DNA of 64,000 nucleotides from the NCBI RefSeq assembly GCF_030144855.1, contig NC_082725.1:30814001-30878000 (forward strand), read 5' to 3'. Positions 62,975 through 64,000 of this stretch are shown here, in pieces (position 1 is the first letter of the stretch; every line of letters starts with the position of its first letter). Position numbers and translations under genes: made by a program. The notes beneath the pieces were generated by a model, which saw nothing but the letters and a program-made list of their open reading frames with translations, searched no databases and was not told where the DNA came from. The stretch comes from Hypanus sabinus. Taxonomy: Eukaryota.

Positions 62975-63880
62975 ATGATTCAGAGCTGGGTTGAAAAATG
63001 GCAGATGGAGTTCAGCTGAAAAAGAGTGAAGTGATTCAGTTTGGAAGGCTGAATTTGAAGGCAGAATTCAGGGTTAATGGCAGCATTCTTAACAGTGTAG
63101 AGGAACAGAGGAATCTTGGAGTTCACATTCATAGGTCCCATAAACTTGTAGCATAAGTTGATAAGGTTGTTAAGAAGGCATTTGGACTGTTGGCCCTCAT
63201 TACTGGGGGATTGAGTTCACGATCCATGAGGTTTTGAGCTTTTAAAGACCAACAGAAAGCAACTAGAAAAGCAATACAGAGAAAAAAGATAAAACATGGA
63301 GGTAAGCTGGCCAATATTATAAAAGGGGATACAAAAAGCTTTTCAGATATATAGAGTAAAAGCGATGAGTGGATATCAGATGGATGGAAAGATGGTAGTG
63401 GGGGACAAAGAAATGGTGGATAAACTTAGTAAATATTTTGCATCTAGTACTAGTAGTACTAGTTCTGCACTAGTAGTATGCAGAAATTCATGATTTGTCA
63501 GGGGACAGAAGTGGGTGTAGTTGCTGTTACGAAGGGAAAGGTGTCTGGAAAGCTGAAAAGTATGAAGGTAGTAGATATGTCACTCAGACCAGATAGACTA
63601 CACCCTGAAAGAAGTAGCTAAAAAGATTGTGAAGGCAGTGATAATGATCTTTCAAGAATGACTAAATTCTGAAATGGTTCTAGAGGACTGGAAAATGGCA
63701 AATGTCAATCCACTCTTTAAGAAGGGAGCAAGGCAAAAGATACAAAATTACAGGCCAGTCAGCCTGACCTCAGTGGGTAGTAAAATGCTGGAGTACATTA
63801 TTAAGGATGTGGTATCAGGATATTTGGAAGCAAATGATAAAATAGGAAGAAGTCAGCATGGTTTTTTGCATGGTAGAGAC
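62975..63880 (+). mobile_element. CR1 LINE fragments
   Basis: EDWKMANVNPLFKKG...NYRPVSLTSV...SQHGF. Confidence 0.8.
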
Positions 63881-64000
63881 AGATACATTAGGGGTATTTA
63901 AGAAGTTCTTAAATAGAAAAATGGACAGTGATACAGGAGGGAAGGGTTAGAATGATTTTTCAAGAGTAAGTTAAGAGGTTGGTAAACATTGTGGGCCAAA

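Larger units (their letters stand above)
49188..62975 (+). repeat. Tandem segmental duplication: unit A about 49188-56320, unit B about 56851-62975, each carrying one receptor copy
   Basis: Collinear shared sequence, e.g. 49188 vs 56851, 51340-51850 vs 57490-58000, 53315-55210 vs 58060-60870, and 56130-56320 vs 62740-62975. Interrupted by unit-specific insertions and deletions. Confidence 0.9.

Overview
AT-rich, repeat-dense vertebrate genomic DNA. The repeat families suggest a cartilaginous fish, probably a ray (inference). The minus strand carries three coding exons from the 3' (GOLD-domain) end of FYCO1 at 18074-17964, 16690-16480 and 933-824, all with GT-AG junctions and compatible phases. 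The rest of the window (>18075) appears to be one very large FYCO1 intron. Nested in it on the opposite strand are three chemokine-receptor genes, at the position CXCR6 occupies inside human FYCO1. Copy 1 is intact and has two exons (31121-31129 + 31329-32402). Copy 2 is a frameshifted and truncated pseudogene (54513-55555). Copy 3 is intact (60173-61237). Copies 2 and 3 lie in a 6-7 kb tandem duplication containing a sharply bounded, about 99% identical tract that looks like gene conversion. All three replace the DRY motif with NRY or NRC, and their N-termini differ strongly. Mobile elements include a young near-full-length Gypsy LTR retrotransposon (tRNA-Trp PBS, G-GGA-AAC -1 frameshift site), Tc1, Tigger/pogo and hAT DNA transposons, CR1, Rex1, RTE and L1/Tx1 LINE fragments, solo-LTR-like repeats, tRNA-SINEs, and many Penelope-like termini whose consensus is a minimal hammerhead ribozyme. 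All calls were made by eye, without database searches.
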